Origin: Escherichia coli
GTDB taxonomy: Bacteria > Pseudomonadota > Gammaproteobacteria > Enterobacterales > Enterobacteriaceae
Length of the DNA stretch: 64,000 nt
Strand: one strand, 5' to 3'
NCBI RefSeq assembly: GCF_051903065.1
Contig: NZ_CP178438.1
Below, piece by piece: positions 1-11,546 of the stretch. The notes under the pieces are model-generated. The model did no database searches, was not told the DNA's origin, and saw nothing but the letters and a program-made list of their open reading frames with translations. Each line of letters opens with the position of its first letter. Position 1 is the stretch's first letter. The position numbers and the translations under genes are program-made.

Positions 1-66
1 CGCCACGCACGGATTACCCGCCTGCCCGGTGAGCATAATGAGCATCCGAGGGAGAAAAACGCATGA
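1..66 (+). CDS. lldR: 3' end of the lactate operon regulator (GntR/FadR family), partial at window edge
   Basis: Frame 1 reads ...[21 protein letters not shown] then TGA at 64-66, overlapping the lldD ATG (ATGA). Position directly upstream of lldD fits lldR. Only 22 codons are visible. Confidence 0.6.
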
Positions 67-1253
67 TTATTTCCGCAGCCAGCGATTATCGCGCCGCAGC
101 GCAACGCATTCTGCCGCCGTTCCTGTTCCACTATATGGATGGTGGTGCATATTCTGAATACACGCTGCGCCGCAACGTGGAAGATTTGTCAGAAGTGGCG
201 CTGCGCCAGCGTATTCTGAAAAACATGTCCGACTTAAGCCTGGAAACGACGCTGTTTAATGAGAAATTGTCGATGCCGGTAGCACTGGCACCGGTGGGTT
301 TGTGTGGCATGTATGCGCGTCGTGGCGAAGTTCAGGCAGCCAAAGCGGCGGACGCGCATGGCATTCCGTTTACTCTCTCAACGGTTTCCGTTTGCCCGAT
401 TGAAGAAGTCGCGCCAGCCATCAAGCGCCCAATGTGGTTCCAGCTTTATGTACTGCGCGATCGCGGCTTTATGCGTAACGCGCTGGAGCGAGCAAAAGCA
501 GCGGGTTGTTCGACGCTGGTTTTCACCGTGGATATGCCGACACCGGGCGCACGCTACCGTGATGCGCATTCAGGTATGAGCGGCCCAAATGCGGCAATGC
601 GCCGCTATTTGCAGGCGGTGACACATCCGCAATGGGCGTGGGATGTGGGCCTGAACGGTCGTCCGCATGATTTAGGTAATATCTCAGCTTATCTCGGCAA
701 ACCGACCGGACTGGAAGATTACATCGGCTGGCTGGGGAATAACTTCGATCCGTCCATCTCATGGAAAGACCTTGAGTGGATCCGCGATTTCTGGGATGGC
801 CCGATGGTGATCAAAGGGATCCTCGATCCGGAAGATGCGCGCGATGCAGTACGTTTTGGTGCTGATGGGATTGTAGTTTCTAACCACGGTGGCCGCCAGC
901 TGGACGGTGTACTCTCTTCCGCTCGTGCGTTGCCCGCTATTGCAGATGCGGTGAAAGGTGATATCGCCATTCTGGCGGATAGCGGAATTCGTAACGGGCT
1001 TGATGTCGTGCGTATGATTGCGCTCGGTGCCGACACCGTACTGCTGGGTCGTGCTTTCCTGTATGCGCTGGCAACAGCGGGCCAGGCGGGTGTAGCTAAC
1101 CTGCTAAATCTGATCGAAAAAGAGATGAAAGTGGCGATGACGCTGACTGGCGCGAAATCGATCAGCGAAATTACGCAAGATTCGCTGGTGCAGGGGCTGG
1201 GTAAAGAGTTGCCTGCGGCACTGGCTCCGATGGCGAAAGGGAATGCGGCATAG
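63..1253 (+). CDS. lldD: FMN-dependent L-lactate dehydrogenase
   Basis: 396-aa ORF starting [38 protein letters not shown]; alpha-hydroxy-acid oxidase/dehydrogenase fold; recognised as E. coli LldD. Confidence 0.93.
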
Positions 1254-1261
1254 TCGTTTGC

Positions 1262-1360
1262 GCCCCCTCACCCTAACCCTCTCCCTCAGGGAGCTGTCTC
1301 TTGATCAGATCTCCTGATCAAGAGACAGGGGGAGAGCCGGGGAGAGGGGAAAAGGCCGCA
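1262..1360. repeat. Extragenic GC-rich imperfect palindrome with a perfect 15-bp inverted repeat core (ctgtctcttgatcag / ctgatcaagagacag, 5-bp spacer)
   Basis: Read directly: 1294-1308 and 1314-1328 are exact reverse complements; outer arms ccctc.../...gagggg are imperfectly complementary. Lies between lldD stop and trmL start. Confidence 0.7.
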
Positions 1361-1407
1361 CGGTTCACCAATTTTCTGCTATCCTGCCCCCGCACTAAGG
1401 GGGCAGT

Positions 1408-1881
1408 ATGCTAAACATCGTACTTTACGAACCAGAAATTCCGCCAAATACTGGCAATATCATCCGTCTTTGCGCTAATACCGGCTTTCGTCTGCATATC
1501 ATCGAACCGATGGGATTTGCCTGGGACGATAAGCGCCTGCGCCGCGCGGGGCTGGACTATCACGAGTTTACCGCCGTTACGCGTCATCATGACTTTCGCG
1601 CGTTCCTCGAAGCAGAAAATCCCCAGCGCCTGTTTGCCCTCACCACGAAAGGTACGCCTGCTCACAGCGCCGTAAGCTATCAGGATGGCGATTATCTGAT
1701 GTTCGGCCCGGAAACACGCGGCCTGCCAGCGAGCATTCTTGATGCCCTGCCCGCTGAACAAAAAATTCGCATTCCGATGGTGCCGGACAGCCGCAGCATG
1801 AATCTGTCCAATGCGGTGTCGGTAGTGGTGTATGAAGCCTGGCGGCAGCTGGGATATCCGGGAGCGTTGTTGAGAGATTAG
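1408..1881 (+). CDS. trmL: tRNA (cytidine/uridine-2'-O)-methyltransferase, SpoU family
   Basis: 157-aa [30 protein letters not shown]...; SPOUT methyltransferase; conserved position after lldD. Confidence 0.9.
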   Translation: MLNIVLYEPEIPPNTGNIIRLCANTGFRLHIIEPMGFAWDDKRLRRAGLDYHEFTAVTRHHDFRAFLEAENPQRLFALTTKGTPAHSAVSYQDGDYLMFGPETRGLPASILDALPAEQKIRIPMVPDSRSMNLSNAVSVVVYEAWRQLGYPGALLRD

Positions 1882-1884
1882 TTA

Positions 1885-1920
1885 CTGTATGCCGGATAGA
1901 TGATTACATCGCATCCGGCA
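1885..1920. terminator. REP-like hairpin between convergent trmL and cysE
   Basis: gccggat (1891-1897) pairs with atccggc (1913-1919); sits between two converging stop codons. Confidence 0.4.
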
Positions 1921-1933
1921 CGATCACAGGACA

Positions 1934-2755
1934 TTAGATCCCATCCCCATACTCAAATGTATGGTTAATACCGTTGAAATGCTGGTCCATATCCATTGAT
2001 GGCTTATCGCTATCCGGCTTGCCGACAATGCGTGCCGGAACGCCAGCGGCGGTGGTATGCGGCGGCACCGGTTGCAGCACCACGGAACCTGCGCCAATCT
2101 TCGCGCCGCGCCCAACTTCAATATTGCCGAGAATTTTCGCGCCCGCGCCAATCATCACACCTTCACGAATTTTCGGGTGACGGTCACCACCAGATTTACC
2201 CGTACCGCCAAGCGTCACAGATTGCAGAATCGATACGTCGTTTTCAATCACCGCCGTTTCACCCACAACGATGCCCGTGGCGTGGTCAAGCATGATACCG
2301 CGACCAATTTTTGCTGCCGGGTGAATATCAACCTGGAACGTCACAGAAACCTGGTTTTGCAGAAAGATTGCCAGTGCGCGACGTCCCTGATTCCACAACC
2401 AGTGACCGATGCGATACGCCTGCAAGGCATGAAAACCTTTCAGGTATAACAACGGCGTTGAGTATTTATCGACTGCCGGGTCGCGGGTACGCACCGCCTG
2501 AATATCACAGGCCGCAGAGGCGATCATTTCCGGGTCAGCGGCGTAGGCTTCTTCCACCACTTCACGGATAGCAATAGCAGGCATAATTGGCGATGACAGC
2601 TTGTTCGCCAGCATGTAGCTCAGTGCACTACCAAGGTTTTCGTGCTTGAGTAGCGTCGCGTGGTAAAAACTGGCCAGCATTGGCTCACAGTCCGCCAGCG
2701 TTCTGGCTTCGGCTTTAATATTGTTCCAGACAATTTCCAGTTCTTCACACGACAT
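1934..2755 (-). CDS. cysE: Serine O-acetyltransferase
   Basis: 273-aa ORF MSCEELEIVWNNIKAEARTLADCEPMLASFYHATLL...; hexapeptide-repeat C-terminus; recognised as CysE. Confidence 0.93.
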   Translation of the reverse strand: MSCEELEIVWNNIKAEARTLADCEPMLASFYHATLLKHENLGSALSYMLANKLSSPIMPAIAIREVVEEAYAADPEMIASAACDIQAVRTRDPAVDKYSTPLLYLKGFHALQAYRIGHWLWNQGRRALAIFLQNQVSVTFQVDIHPAAKIGRGIMLDHATGIVVGETAVIENDVSILQSVTLGGTGKSGGDRHPKIREGVMIGAGAKILGNIEVGRGAKIGAGSVVLQPVPPHTTAAGVPARIVGKPDSDKPSMDMDQHFNGINHTFEYGDGI

Positions 2756-2834
2756 TGCTTACTCCACACGATGAGATAATGACCGGCCCGTTCTACGCGG
2801 GCCGGGTCATAGCGGTAACAAAGGTTCCTTGGGG

Positions 2835-3854
2835 TTAGTGGCTGCTGCGCTCGTCCTTGCGTGCACGACCTAATAACGTCAATGCTGCCTCGCGCGCGTT
2901 TTTTCCGCAATATAATACTTGATAAATTTCCTCGGTTATTGGCATTTCAACGCCGAAGCGATGCGCCAGTTCGCGGACTTCTTTCGTATTGCGGTAGCCT
3001 TCCACCACCTGACCAATCTTCTCCTGCGCGCTTTGTACATCCATGCCCTGACCGAGCATCATGCCAAAACGGCGGTTACGCGACTGGTTGTCGGTACAGG
3101 TAAGCACAAGATCGCCCAGCCCCGCCATGCCCATAAAGGTGGCAGGATCGGCACCCAGCGCCGCGCCAAGACGCGACATTTCAGCCAGCCCACGGGTGAT
3201 CAGCGCCGTACGCGCATTCGCACCAAAACCGATACCGTCGGACATCCCCGCACCAATGGCAATGACGTTTTTCACCGCGCCGCCAAGCTGCACGCCAATG
3301 AAATCCGGATTGCTGTAAACGCGGAAACTTTTGCCGCAGTGCAGCAGCTGCTGGAGATCATCGGCAAAGGTCTGATCGGTCGAGGCCAGCGAAATAGCTG
3401 TCGGTAAACCTGCCGCCAGTTCTTTCGCAAACGTTGGGCCAGAGATAACCGCCAGCGGAATTTGATCGCCTAACGCCTCGCGCGCCACGTCCTGTAACAG
3501 ACGTCCGGTTTCCGCTTCCAGCCCTTTGGTCGCCCACACCAGACGCGCATCAGGACGCATCAGCGGTTTAATCTGGCGCAGCACTTCACCAAAGACATGG
3601 CTGGGTACGACGACAAGAATATTACGGCTGGCGGCCAACGCGGTGGCGAGATCGCTTTCAAGATGGAGCGTATCGGGAAAAGGCACATCGGGGAGAAACG
3701 CGGCGTTACAGCGGTCGCGTTCAAGCGTTGCGATATGTTCAGGGTCATGGCCCCAGAGGACAACCTCGTGGCCATTTCTTGCCAGGGTGATGGCAAGAGC
3801 GGTGCCGTACGAGCCGGCACCGATCACAGTCATTGAAGCATTACGTTGGTTCAT
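2835..3854 (-). CDS. gpsA: NAD(P)H-dependent glycerol-3-phosphate dehydrogenase
   Basis: 339-aa [40 protein letters not shown]...; Rossmann GxGxxG motif. Confidence 0.93.
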   Translation of the reverse strand: MNQRNASMTVIGAGSYGTALAITLARNGHEVVLWGHDPEHIATLERDRCNAAFLPDVPFPDTLHLESDLATALAASRNILVVVPSHVFGEVLRQIKPLMRPDARLVWATKGLEAETGRLLQDVAREALGDQIPLAVISGPTFAKELAAGLPTAISLASTDQTFADDLQQLLHCGKSFRVYSNPDFIGVQLGGAVKNVIAIGAGMSDGIGFGANARTALITRGLAEMSRLGAALGADPATFMGMAGLGDLVLTCTDNQSRNRRFGMMLGQGMDVQSAQEKIGQVVEGYRNTKEVRELAHRFGVEMPITEEIYQVLYCGKNAREAALTLLGRARKDERSSH

Positions 3855-4321
3855 CAGGCATCCTGATGTTCTTCAGTACCTTCGCCAGCCTGCTGCTGCA
3901 AATAGTTCATGAACAGCGCATCGAAGTTAACCGGCGCAAGGTTCAGTTGCGGGAATGTACCGCGGGATACCATGCTGGTGATGCACTCACGAGCATACGG
4001 GAACAGAATGTTCGGGCAGTATGCGCCCAGGCAATGTGCCATCTGGGTGCCTTCGATACCCGCGATGGAGAAAATACCGCCCTGCTGAACTTCACACAGG
4101 AACGCGGTTTCTTCGCCCAGGGAGGCCGTTACGGTAACACGCAGTACCACTTCGTAAACGTCATCTGCCAGTTGAGTAGATGCCGTATCCAGATCAAGTT
4201 TAACTTCTGGCTGCCAATCTTTCTGGAAAACGTGCGGCGCGTTCGGCGCTTCGAAAGAAATATCCTTGGTATAAATACGTTGGATCTGGAAAGTCATTTC
4301 GGTGTTGTTTTGTTCTGACAT
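3854..4321 (-). CDS. secB: Protein-export chaperone SecB
   Basis: 155-aa [36 protein letters not shown]...; recognised as SecB. Confidence 0.95.
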
Positions 4322-4383
4322 GTGTAGAAAACCCTTAAGTGTTGTCCTTAAATACTGCGCAATGTAATGCCAACGTTCACACG

Positions 4384-4635
4384 TTATTTCAGCAGGGGAT
4401 CCAGTCCACCACGTGCATCCAATGCATACAAGTCATCACAGCCGCCAATGTGCTGTGCGTCAATAAAAATCTGGGGAACCGTGGTGCGACCGCTGCGTTT
4501 GATCATCTCTTCACGCTTGGCGGCGTTGCCATCGATCGGCAGCTCCTGGAAACTCACGCCCTTGCTGCTCAGCAGTGCTTTTGCACGATGGCAATACGGG
4601 CAGGTTTCTTTGGTATAGATTTCAACATTGGCCAT
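4384..4635 (-). CDS. grxC: Glutaredoxin 3
   Basis: 83-aa [25 protein letters not shown]... with CPYC active site. Confidence 0.93.
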
Positions 4636-4776
4636 AAATTAGCTCCTGTTTTTTTACCCTGAAATTTCATGTTGCAGGGCGGCAGCAAAATGGAGTGTCC
4701 CCAGAAGCTTATAACAATAAGTCGCTGGGGGCCTAATTGCAGCTAACGGCCTGCATCATGAAAGACGACAGGTAAA

Positions 4777-5208
4777 TTATTTGCCGCGCACCAGAGGCAA
4801 GTTTTCGCCAGCCCAGCCAGCAACGCCCTCTTTCAGCACGAATACTTGCGCAAAACCAGCTTTCGTCAGCGCGTTTGCAGGCTCCTGGCACTGCATGCCA
4901 GAACCGTCTACCACGATAACCGGTTTGTCTTTGTGCTTCTCAAGCTCACCAACATTGTTGGCTTTGATTTCGCTCGGCAACAGATTGATAGAACCTGCGA
5001 TATGGCCTTTACGGAAGTCATCACGCTGACGTAAATCCACAACCACAGCGTCTTCTTTGTTGATCAGACGCGTAGCTTCACCACGAGTAATCACCTTCAC
5101 TTTCGAGGTCAGGCTCTTAAACGTAGTCACAAGAACCGCCACCAGTAACGCGATCCAGGCGATACTCAGTATGGGATGACGGCCAACAAATTGCATAATT
5201 TCTTGCAT
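4777..5208 (-). CDS. yibN: Rhodanese-domain membrane protein
   Basis: ORF track gives 4777-5220; the likely start is the internal [15 protein letters not shown]..., giving a hydrophobic N-terminus followed by a rhodanese-like domain. Start is uncertain by about 4 codons. Confidence 0.8.
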
Positions 5209-5451
5209 GGGGGGTAACAACTCCCGACGTAGTGATTAAAAAACCAGGAAAGGAGTATACCTGCGCGGTGCGGCAAATACAGCCAGCGCGTTAACTGGAA
5301 TGCAATTTTGCGGGGCACGACGAAAAAAAAGCGCAAATCTGGCATCGGCTTGCCGCGAGCGGTCGTATATTTTGATCTTCAGAGGCTATTTTATCGATTC
5401 AGCTGTAGTAAAATTACGCAAATTTTGACTCTTGAGTATGAGGTTGTCGCA

Positions 5452-6996
5452 ATGTCGGTTTCTAAAAAACCTATGGTACTGGTGATTCTGGATGGCTATG
5501 GCTATCGTGAAGAACAGCAGGATAACGCCATTTTTAGTGCTAAAACCCCGGTAATGGATGCACTGTGGGCCAATCGTCCGCATACCCTGATCGACGCTTC
5601 CGGTCTGGAAGTCGGTCTGCCTGACCGTCAGATGGGTAACTCCGAAGTAGGCCACGTTAACCTGGGTGCCGGCCGCATCGTGTATCAGGACCTGACTCGT
5701 CTGGACGTTGAAATCAAAGATCGCGCTTTCTTTGCTAATCCAGTGCTGACTGGCGCGGTAGATAAAGCGAAAAACGCAGGTAAAGCAGTACACATTATGG
5801 GTCTGCTCTCCGCAGGCGGCGTACACAGCCACGAAGATCACATCATGGCGATGGTAGAACTGGCAGCTGAACGCGGCGCAGAAAAAATCTACCTGCACGC
5901 ATTCCTTGACGGTCGCGACACCCCGCCGCGCAGTGCTGAATCCTCGCTGAAAAAATTTGAAGAGAAATTTGCTGCGCTGGGTAAAGGCCGCGTAGCGTCC
6001 ATCATTGGTCGTTACTACGCGATGGACCGCGATAACCGTTGGGATCGCGTTGAAAAAGCCTATGACCTGCTGACTCTGGCGCAGGGTGAGTTCCAGGCCG
6101 ATACTGCCGTTGCTGGTTTGCAGGCAGCTTATGCTCGCGACGAAAACGACGAGTTCGTGAAAGCGACCGTTATTCGTGCAGAAGGTCAGCCAGATGCGGC
6201 AATGGAAGACGGCGATGCGCTGATTTTCATGAACTTCCGTGCTGACCGCGCGCGTGAAATCACTCGTGCATTCGTGAACGCTGATTTCGATGGCTTCGCG
6301 CGTAAGAAAGTGGTTAACGTCGATTTCGTGATGCTGACCGAATACGCCGCTGACATCAAAACTGCGGTTGCTTACCCACCCGCTTCCCTGGTTAACACCT
6401 TCGGCGAGTGGATGGCGAAAAACGACAAAACTCAGTTGCGTATTTCCGAAACCGAAAAATATGCTCACGTCACTTTCTTCTTTAACGGTGGCGTAGAAGA
6501 GTCGTTCAAAGGCGAAGATCGCATTCTGATCAACTCACCGAAAGTGGCTACCTACGATCTGCAACCGGAAATGAGCTCCGCAGAGCTGACCGAAAAACTG
6601 GTTGCGGCCATCAAGAGCGGCAAATACGACACCATTATCTGTAACTATCCGAACGGCGACATGGTAGGTCACACCGGGGTGATGGAAGCGGCGGTTAAAG
6701 CGGTTGAAGCACTGGATCACTGCGTGGAAGAAGTCGCGAAAGCGGTTGAGTCCGTGGGTGGACAACTGCTGATCACCGCTGACCACGGTAACGCTGAACA
6801 GATGCGCGATCCGGCAACGGGTCAGGCACACACGGCACACACCAACCTGCCAGTTCCGCTGATTTACGTTGGTGATAAGAACGTGAAAGCGGTTGAAGGC
6901 GGCAAACTTTCTGACATCGCGCCGACCATGTTGTCGCTGATGGGTATGGAAATCCCGCAAGAGATGACTGGTAAGCCGCTGTTCATCGTGGAATAA
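5452..6996 (+). CDS. gpmM: 2,3-bisphosphoglycerate-independent phosphoglycerate mutase
   Basis: ORF 5308-6996 contains the likely start [28 protein letters not shown] at 5452 (514 aa); the upstream extension is probably not translated. Confidence 0.9.
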   Translation: MSVSKKPMVLVILDGYGYREEQQDNAIFSAKTPVMDALWANRPHTLIDASGLEVGLPDRQMGNSEVGHVNLGAGRIVYQDLTRLDVEIKDRAFFANPVLTGAVDKAKNAGKAVHIMGLLSAGGVHSHEDHIMAMVELAAERGAEKIYLHAFLDGRDTPPRSAESSLKKFEEKFAALGKGRVASIIGRYYAMDRDNRWDRVEKAYDLLTLAQGEFQADTAVAGLQAAYARDENDEFVKATVIRAEGQPDAAMEDGDALIFMNFRADRAREITRAFVNADFDGFARKKVVNVDFVMLTEYAADIKTAVAYPPASLVNTFGEWMAKNDKTQLRISETEKYAHVTFFFNGGVEESFKGEDRILINSPKVATYDLQPEMSSAELTEKLVAAIKSGKYDTIICNYPNGDMVGHTGVMEAAVKAVEALDHCVEEVAKAVESVGGQLLITADHGNAEQMRDPATGQAHTAHTNLPVPLIYVGDKNVKAVEGGKLSDIAPTMLSLMGMEIPQEMTGKPLFIVE

Positions 6997-7029
6997 TCCC
7001 TCCCCATGAGGGGAAAGGCGATTAATACC

Positions 7030-8289
7030 ATGACACGGGCCGTGAAACCGCGCAGGTTTGCAATCAGGCCCATCATCTACGCCAGCGTTCTTAGCGCTGG
7101 CGTATTGTTGTGCGCCTTTTCCGCCCACGCGGATGAGCGTGACCAACTCAAATCTATTCAGGCCGATATCGCCGCAAAAGAGCGCGCGGTACGCCAAAAG
7201 CAACAACAACGCGCAAGCCTGCTCGCACAATTGAAAAAGCAGGAAGAAGCGATCTCTGAAGCCACCCGTAAGCTGCGCGAAACGCAAAACACGCTCAATC
7301 AACTCAATAAACAGATTGATGAGATGAACGCGTCGATTGCCAAACTGGAGCAGCAAAAAGCCGCCCAGGAGCGCAGCCTCGCCGCACAACTGGATGCCGC
7401 ATTCCGTCAGGGCGAGCATACCGGTATTCAGCTGATTCTCAGCGGTGAAGAAAGCCAGCGTGGACAGCGTTTACAGGCCTATTTCGGCTATCTCAACCAG
7501 GCGCGACAAGAAACCATTGCCCAGTTGAAGCAAACGCGTGAAGAAGTCGCCATGCAGCGTGCTGAACTGGAAGAGAAACAGAGCGAGCAACAAACGCTGT
7601 TATATGAGCAGCGCGCCCAACAGGCGAAACTGACTCAGGCGCTGAACGAGCGTAAAAAGACGCTGGCAGGGCTGGAGTCTTCCATCCAGCAAGGTCAGCA
7701 ACAGTTGAGCGAGCTGCGCGCCAACGAATCCCGTCTGCGTAACAGCATTGCCCGTGCGGAAGCCGCGGCGAAAGCGCGTGCAGAACGAGAAGCACGTGAG
7801 GCCCAGGCGGTTCGCGACCGCCAGAAAGAAGCGACGCGTAAAGGCACCACCTACAAACCGACTGAAAGCGAAAAATCGCTGATGTCCCGTACCGGTGGTC
7901 TGGGCGCGCCGCGTGGTCAGGCATTCTGGCCGGTTCGCGGGCCGACGCTGCATCGCTATGGCGAACAGCTACAGGGTGAATTACGCTGGAAAGGGATGGT
8001 GATTGGTGCCTCTGAAGGTACTGAAGTTAAAGCGATTGCCGACGGTCGGGTGATTCTGGCTGACTGGCTGCAAGGCTACGGTCTGGTGGTGGTGGTTGAG
8101 CATGGTAAAGGCGACATGAGTCTTTACGGCTATAATCAGAGCGCACTGGTGAGCGTTGGTTCGCAGGTTCGCGCGGGCCAGCCAATTGCACTGGTGGGCA
8201 GCAGTGGCGGTCAGGGTCGGCCTTCACTCTATTTCGAAATTCGCCGCCAGGGTCAGGCGGTCAATCCACAGCCGTGGTTGGGAAGATAA
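7030..8289 (+). CDS. envC: Murein hydrolase activator EnvC (coiled-coil plus degenerate LytM domain)
   Basis: Start at MTRAVKPRRFAIRPIIYASVLSAGVLLCAFSAHA (signal peptide); long Q/A/E-rich coiled coil; C-terminal M23/LytM-like domain. Confidence 0.9.
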   Translation: MTRAVKPRRFAIRPIIYASVLSAGVLLCAFSAHADERDQLKSIQADIAAKERAVRQKQQQRASLLAQLKKQEEAISEATRKLRETQNTLNQLNKQIDEMNASIAKLEQQKAAQERSLAAQLDAAFRQGEHTGIQLILSGEESQRGQRLQAYFGYLNQARQETIAQLKQTREEVAMQRAELEEKQSEQQTLLYEQRAQQAKLTQALNERKKTLAGLESSIQQGQQQLSELRANESRLRNSIARAEAAAKARAEREAREAQAVRDRQKEATRKGTTYKPTESEKSLMSRTGGLGAPRGQAFWPVRGPTLHRYGEQLQGELRWKGMVIGASEGTEVKAIADGRVILADWLQGYGLVVVVEHGKGDMSLYGYNQSALVSVGSQVRAGQPIALVGSSGGQGRPSLYFEIRRQGQAVNPQPWLGR

Positions 8290-8292
8290 GTT

Positions 8293-9252
8293 TTGTTTCC
8301 ATTTCGTCGTAACGTTCTTGCATTTGCCGCTCTGTTGGCGCTCTCCTCCCCCGTACTTGCTGGCAAACTTGCCATCGTCATTGATGATTTTGGGTATCGC
8401 CCGCACAACGAAAACCAGGTGCTGGCGATGCCCTCCGCTATCTCCGTCGCTGTATTACCCGATTCACCGCACGCCAGAGAGATGGCGACCAAAGCGCATA
8501 ACAGCGGGCACGAAGTGTTGATTCATCTCCCGATGGCACCACTGAGTAAACAGCCGCTGGAGAAAAATACGCTGCGCCCGGAGATGAGCAGCGACGAAAT
8601 TGAGCGCATTATTCGTAGTGCGGTCAATAACGTGCCCTATGCCGTGGGGATCAACAACCACATGGGCAGCAAGATGACCTCTAACCTGTTTGGTATGCAG
8701 AAAGTGATGCAGGCGCTGGAGCGTTACAATCTTTACTTCCTCGACAGCGTAACCATTGGTAATACCCAGGCGATGCGCGCCGCGCAAGGCACTGGCGTGA
8801 AGGTTATTAAACGGAAGGTGTTCCTCGACGATTCACAGAACGAAGCGGACATCCGTGTGCAGTTCAATCGCGCAATTGATCTGGCGCGTCGCAACGGTTC
8901 AACCATTGCCATTGGGCATCCTCACCCTTCAACGGTACGCGTGCTACAACAGATGGTTTATAACCTGCCGCCAGACATTACGCTGGTGAAAGCCAGCAGC
9001 TTGCTGAATGAACCGCAGGTTGATACGTCTACACCGCCGAAAAACACTGTGCCCGACACACCGCGTAATCCGTTCCGTGGCGTGAAGCTGTGCAAACCGA
9101 AGAAACCGATAGAACCTGTTTATGCTAATCGCTTCTTTGAAGTATTAAGCGAAAGCATCAGCCAGAGCACGCTGATCGTTTACTTCCAGCATCAGTGGCA
9201 AGGCTGGGGCAAACAGCCCGAAGCGGCGAAACTTAACGCTAGCGCAAATTAA
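8293..9252 (+). CDS. yibQ: Divergent polysaccharide deacetylase family protein
   Basis: 319-aa ORF with signal peptide and conserved position after envC. Confidence 0.85.
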   Translation: MFPFRRNVLAFAALLALSSPVLAGKLAIVIDDFGYRPHNENQVLAMPSAISVAVLPDSPHAREMATKAHNSGHEVLIHLPMAPLSKQPLEKNTLRPEMSSDEIERIIRSAVNNVPYAVGINNHMGSKMTSNLFGMQKVMQALERYNLYFLDSVTIGNTQAMRAAQGTGVKVIKRKVFLDDSQNEADIRVQFNRAIDLARRNGSTIAIGHPHPSTVRVLQQMVYNLPPDITLVKASSLLNEPQVDTSTPPKNTVPDTPRNPFRGVKLCKPKKPIEPVYANRFFEVLSESISQSTLIVYFQHQWQGWGKQPEAAKLNASAN

Positions 9253-10273
9253 AGGCGCTACGCGTAATGCGATGGTGCGACCGCGTTTTGTCGCGCCATT
9301 GCCATAAGCGGAAAGACCACAGTAACGCCTGGTAACCCACCTTCACGCTGCGCACATTGGTAATCAGGCGCTTATACATACCAGAAGTAAATATCTCGGC
9401 AATCATCCGTTGGCGGGTAAGAATATCCGGCTCTTTGCGCACCGCATGGCAAACACGCAATGCTTCGTAAGTTATTTGCTGATGAAATTCCGGATAAATC
9501 GTAATTTTGTCGGCATAATTTCGATTTAATTTCTCCAGCAGGCGGGTAATCTTAATATAGTGACGTTGATAATTAAGGTTTTTATTCCCTTGTCTATGCA
9601 ACCGACTCACTGACGTATTATGCAGATAATATTTATATAATGATTGCTCGGTATATCGCGCACGCAGCGCGTTAAACATAAATTCCGTGGTCCAGATAAT
9701 ATCCTGATGATGTAATCCGGCAATAAATTTAATGTTATTTTTAACAATAACATCGCGGCGATAAACCCCCATCCAGACAACGTGAGTCCAACGGCGCGAA
9801 GAAAGCCCCATCCGCAGCCAGTCCGGGCCGGTTAATACACCGGTTGAGCGAAGGCGATCGCTGGGGATGGATTGCCAGGTTTCTCCCGTTTCACGAAAAC
9901 ACCAGTCAGCGTTGCACTGCGCCACGTCGAGGTCGTCCTCTAACGCCATGGTCATCAGCGTTTCGTACATGGTGGGATAGACTTCATCGTCAGCATCGAC
10001 AAAAGCGACATATTTGCCCGTTGCCACTTCAATCCCACGATTACGCGCCACCGATGCGCCAGCATTCGCCTGATGCAACAAACGAACGTGCGGATAGTTT
10101 TCTGCGTAATGCTTTGCTATTTCAACAGAATTATCCGTTGAACCATCGTTAATAATAATGATTTCCAGAGCAGTCCAGGTTTGCGTAATTAAAGATTCCA
10201 TACAAGTGCGGAAATCATCGCCCGCATTATATAACGGAATAATAACACTAAGTTTATTGGTGCTGTTCATCAT
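9239..10273 (-). CDS. waaH: GT2-family glycosyltransferase (LPS inner-core glucuronic acid transferase)
   Basis: 344-aa [24 protein letters not shown]...[11 protein letters not shown]...VDADDEV; GT2 DXD signature; position between yibQ and tdh. Confidence 0.85.
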   Translation of the reverse strand: MMNSTNKLSVIIPLYNAGDDFRTCMESLITQTWTALEIIIINDGSTDNSVEIAKHYAENYPHVRLLHQANAGASVARNRGIEVATGKYVAFVDADDEVYPTMYETLMTMALEDDLDVAQCNADWCFRETGETWQSIPSDRLRSTGVLTGPDWLRMGLSSRRWTHVVWMGVYRRDVIVKNNIKFIAGLHHQDIIWTTEFMFNALRARYTEQSLYKYYLHNTSVSRLHRQGNKNLNYQRHYIKITRLLEKLNRNYADKITIYPEFHQQITYEALRVCHAVRKEPDILTRQRMIAEIFTSGMYKRLITNVRSVKVGYQALLWSFRLWQWRDKTRSHHRITRSAFNLR

Positions 10274-10482
10274 AAATTACCGACGACCTCTGAAGTTATC
10301 CTGACGTTTTACAGGCTTTGTATTAAGAAACTATTAAGCCTGTGAGATATTATTTTTACAGGTGAGAGAGTCACTTCAGGGTAGAGAGATAATGAGAGCA
10401 GCTATATAAGAGATCAGCACAATTACGAACTCTTTATTACACTGACAGGATTTTACATATTTAACAGATTATCCTCAGATAA

Positions 10483-10504
10483 AAGGGCTGGAATACCAGC
10501 CCTT
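10483..10504 (-). terminator. Rho-independent terminator of the kbl-tdh operon
   Basis: Hairpin gggctgg-aatac-cagccc, followed on the minus strand by a T-run, immediately 3' of the tdh stop. Confidence 0.6.
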
Positions 10505-10511
10505 GTTCGTG

Positions 10512-11537
10512 TTAATCCCAGCTCAGAATAACTTTCCCGGACTGGCCCGAACGCATAGCGTCAAAGCCCTTCTGGAAATCATCGATAGAGAAACGATGGG
10601 TAATGATCGGCGAGAGATCGAGGCCAGACTGAATCAGCGCCGCCATCTTGTACCAGGTTTCAAACATCTCACGACCGTAAATGCCTTTAATGAACAAGCC
10701 CTTAAAGATCACTTTTGTCCAGTCTATCGACATGTCAGAAGGTGGAATACCCAACATCGCAATACGACCGCCGTGGTTCATGGTGTCGAGCATGGTACGA
10801 AACGCTGGCGGCGCACCGGACATTTCCAGACCGACATCAAAGCCTTCGGTCATACCCAGTTCTGCCATCACATCATTAAGGTTTTCTTTAGCGACGTTGA
10901 CCGCACGGGTGATACCCATTTTGCGCGCCAGTTCGAGACGATATTCATTAACATCCGTGATCACCACATTGCGTGCACCAACGTGTTTCGCCACCGCCGC
11001 AGCCATAATACCTATCGGACCTGCACCAGAGACCAGCACATCCTCGCCAACCAGATCGAACGACAGCGCGGTATGCACGGCATTACCGAAGGGATCAAAA
11101 ATGGAAGCCAGATCGTCGGAGATATTGTCGGGAATTTTGAAGGCGTTGAACGCCGGAATCACCAGATATTCGGCGAAGCAGCCCGGGCGGTTAACGCCGA
11201 CGCCGATCGTGTTGCGGCACAGATGGGTACGACCGCCACGACAGTTGCGACAGTGACCGCAAGTGATATGGCCTTCGCCAGAAACGCGATCGCCAATCTT
11301 GAAGCCTTTCACTTCCTGACCAATACCTACCACTTCACCGACATATTCATGGCCCACGACCATCGGCACCGGGATGGTTTTTTGCGACCACTCATCCCAG
11401 TTATAGATGTGAACGTCAGTCCCGCAGATGGCTGTTTTACGGATTTTAATCAGCAGATCGTTATGACCCAGTTCCGGCTCAGGAACGTCGGTCATCCAGA
11501 TGCCCTCTTCCGCTTTCAGTTTGGATAACGCTTTCAT
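10512..11537 (-). CDS. tdh: L-threonine 3-dehydrogenase (zinc-dependent)
   Basis: 341-aa [48 protein letters not shown]...; Zn-ADH motifs. Confidence 0.95.
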   Translation of the reverse strand: MKALSKLKAEEGIWMTDVPEPELGHNDLLIKIRKTAICGTDVHIYNWDEWSQKTIPVPMVVGHEYVGEVVGIGQEVKGFKIGDRVSGEGHITCGHCRNCRGGRTHLCRNTIGVGVNRPGCFAEYLVIPAFNAFKIPDNISDDLASIFDPFGNAVHTALSFDLVGEDVLVSGAGPIGIMAAAVAKHVGARNVVITDVNEYRLELARKMGITRAVNVAKENLNDVMAELGMTEGFDVGLEMSGAPPAFRTMLDTMNHGGRIAMLGIPPSDMSIDWTKVIFKGLFIKGIYGREMFETWYKMAALIQSGLDLSPIITHRFSIDDFQKGFDAMRSGQSGKVILSWD

Positions 11538-11546
11538 TTCACATCC

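Noticed and set aside
5308-5451. N-terminal extensions of ORF-track entries (gpmM shown here; also coaD 28687, coaBC 31689, nepI to 63511, gmk 40404, yicG 37853, recG 44210)
   Set aside because: The track reports the longest frame, including TTG/GTG starts. The conserved N-termini begin at internal methionines, and the extensions overlap upstream genes or terminators.
5386-7419. Minus-strand ORFs of 360 aa and 294 aa antisense to gpmM
   Set aside because: Antisense to a well-recognised phosphoglycerate mutase; no motifs and no start context.
10274-10480. Possible Pho box upstream of waaH
   Set aside because: I looked for the CTGTCAT-N4-CTGTCAT arrangement on the waaH promoter strand and found only weak partial matches (tttacagg); not enough to call.
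10503-11528. 341-aa plus-strand ORF exactly antisense to tdh
   Set aside because: It mirrors a gene with unmistakable Zn-dependent dehydrogenase motifs on the minus strand. Long antisense open frames are a common artefact of codon bias in GC-rich genes, and its translation is low-complexity with no recognisable domain.
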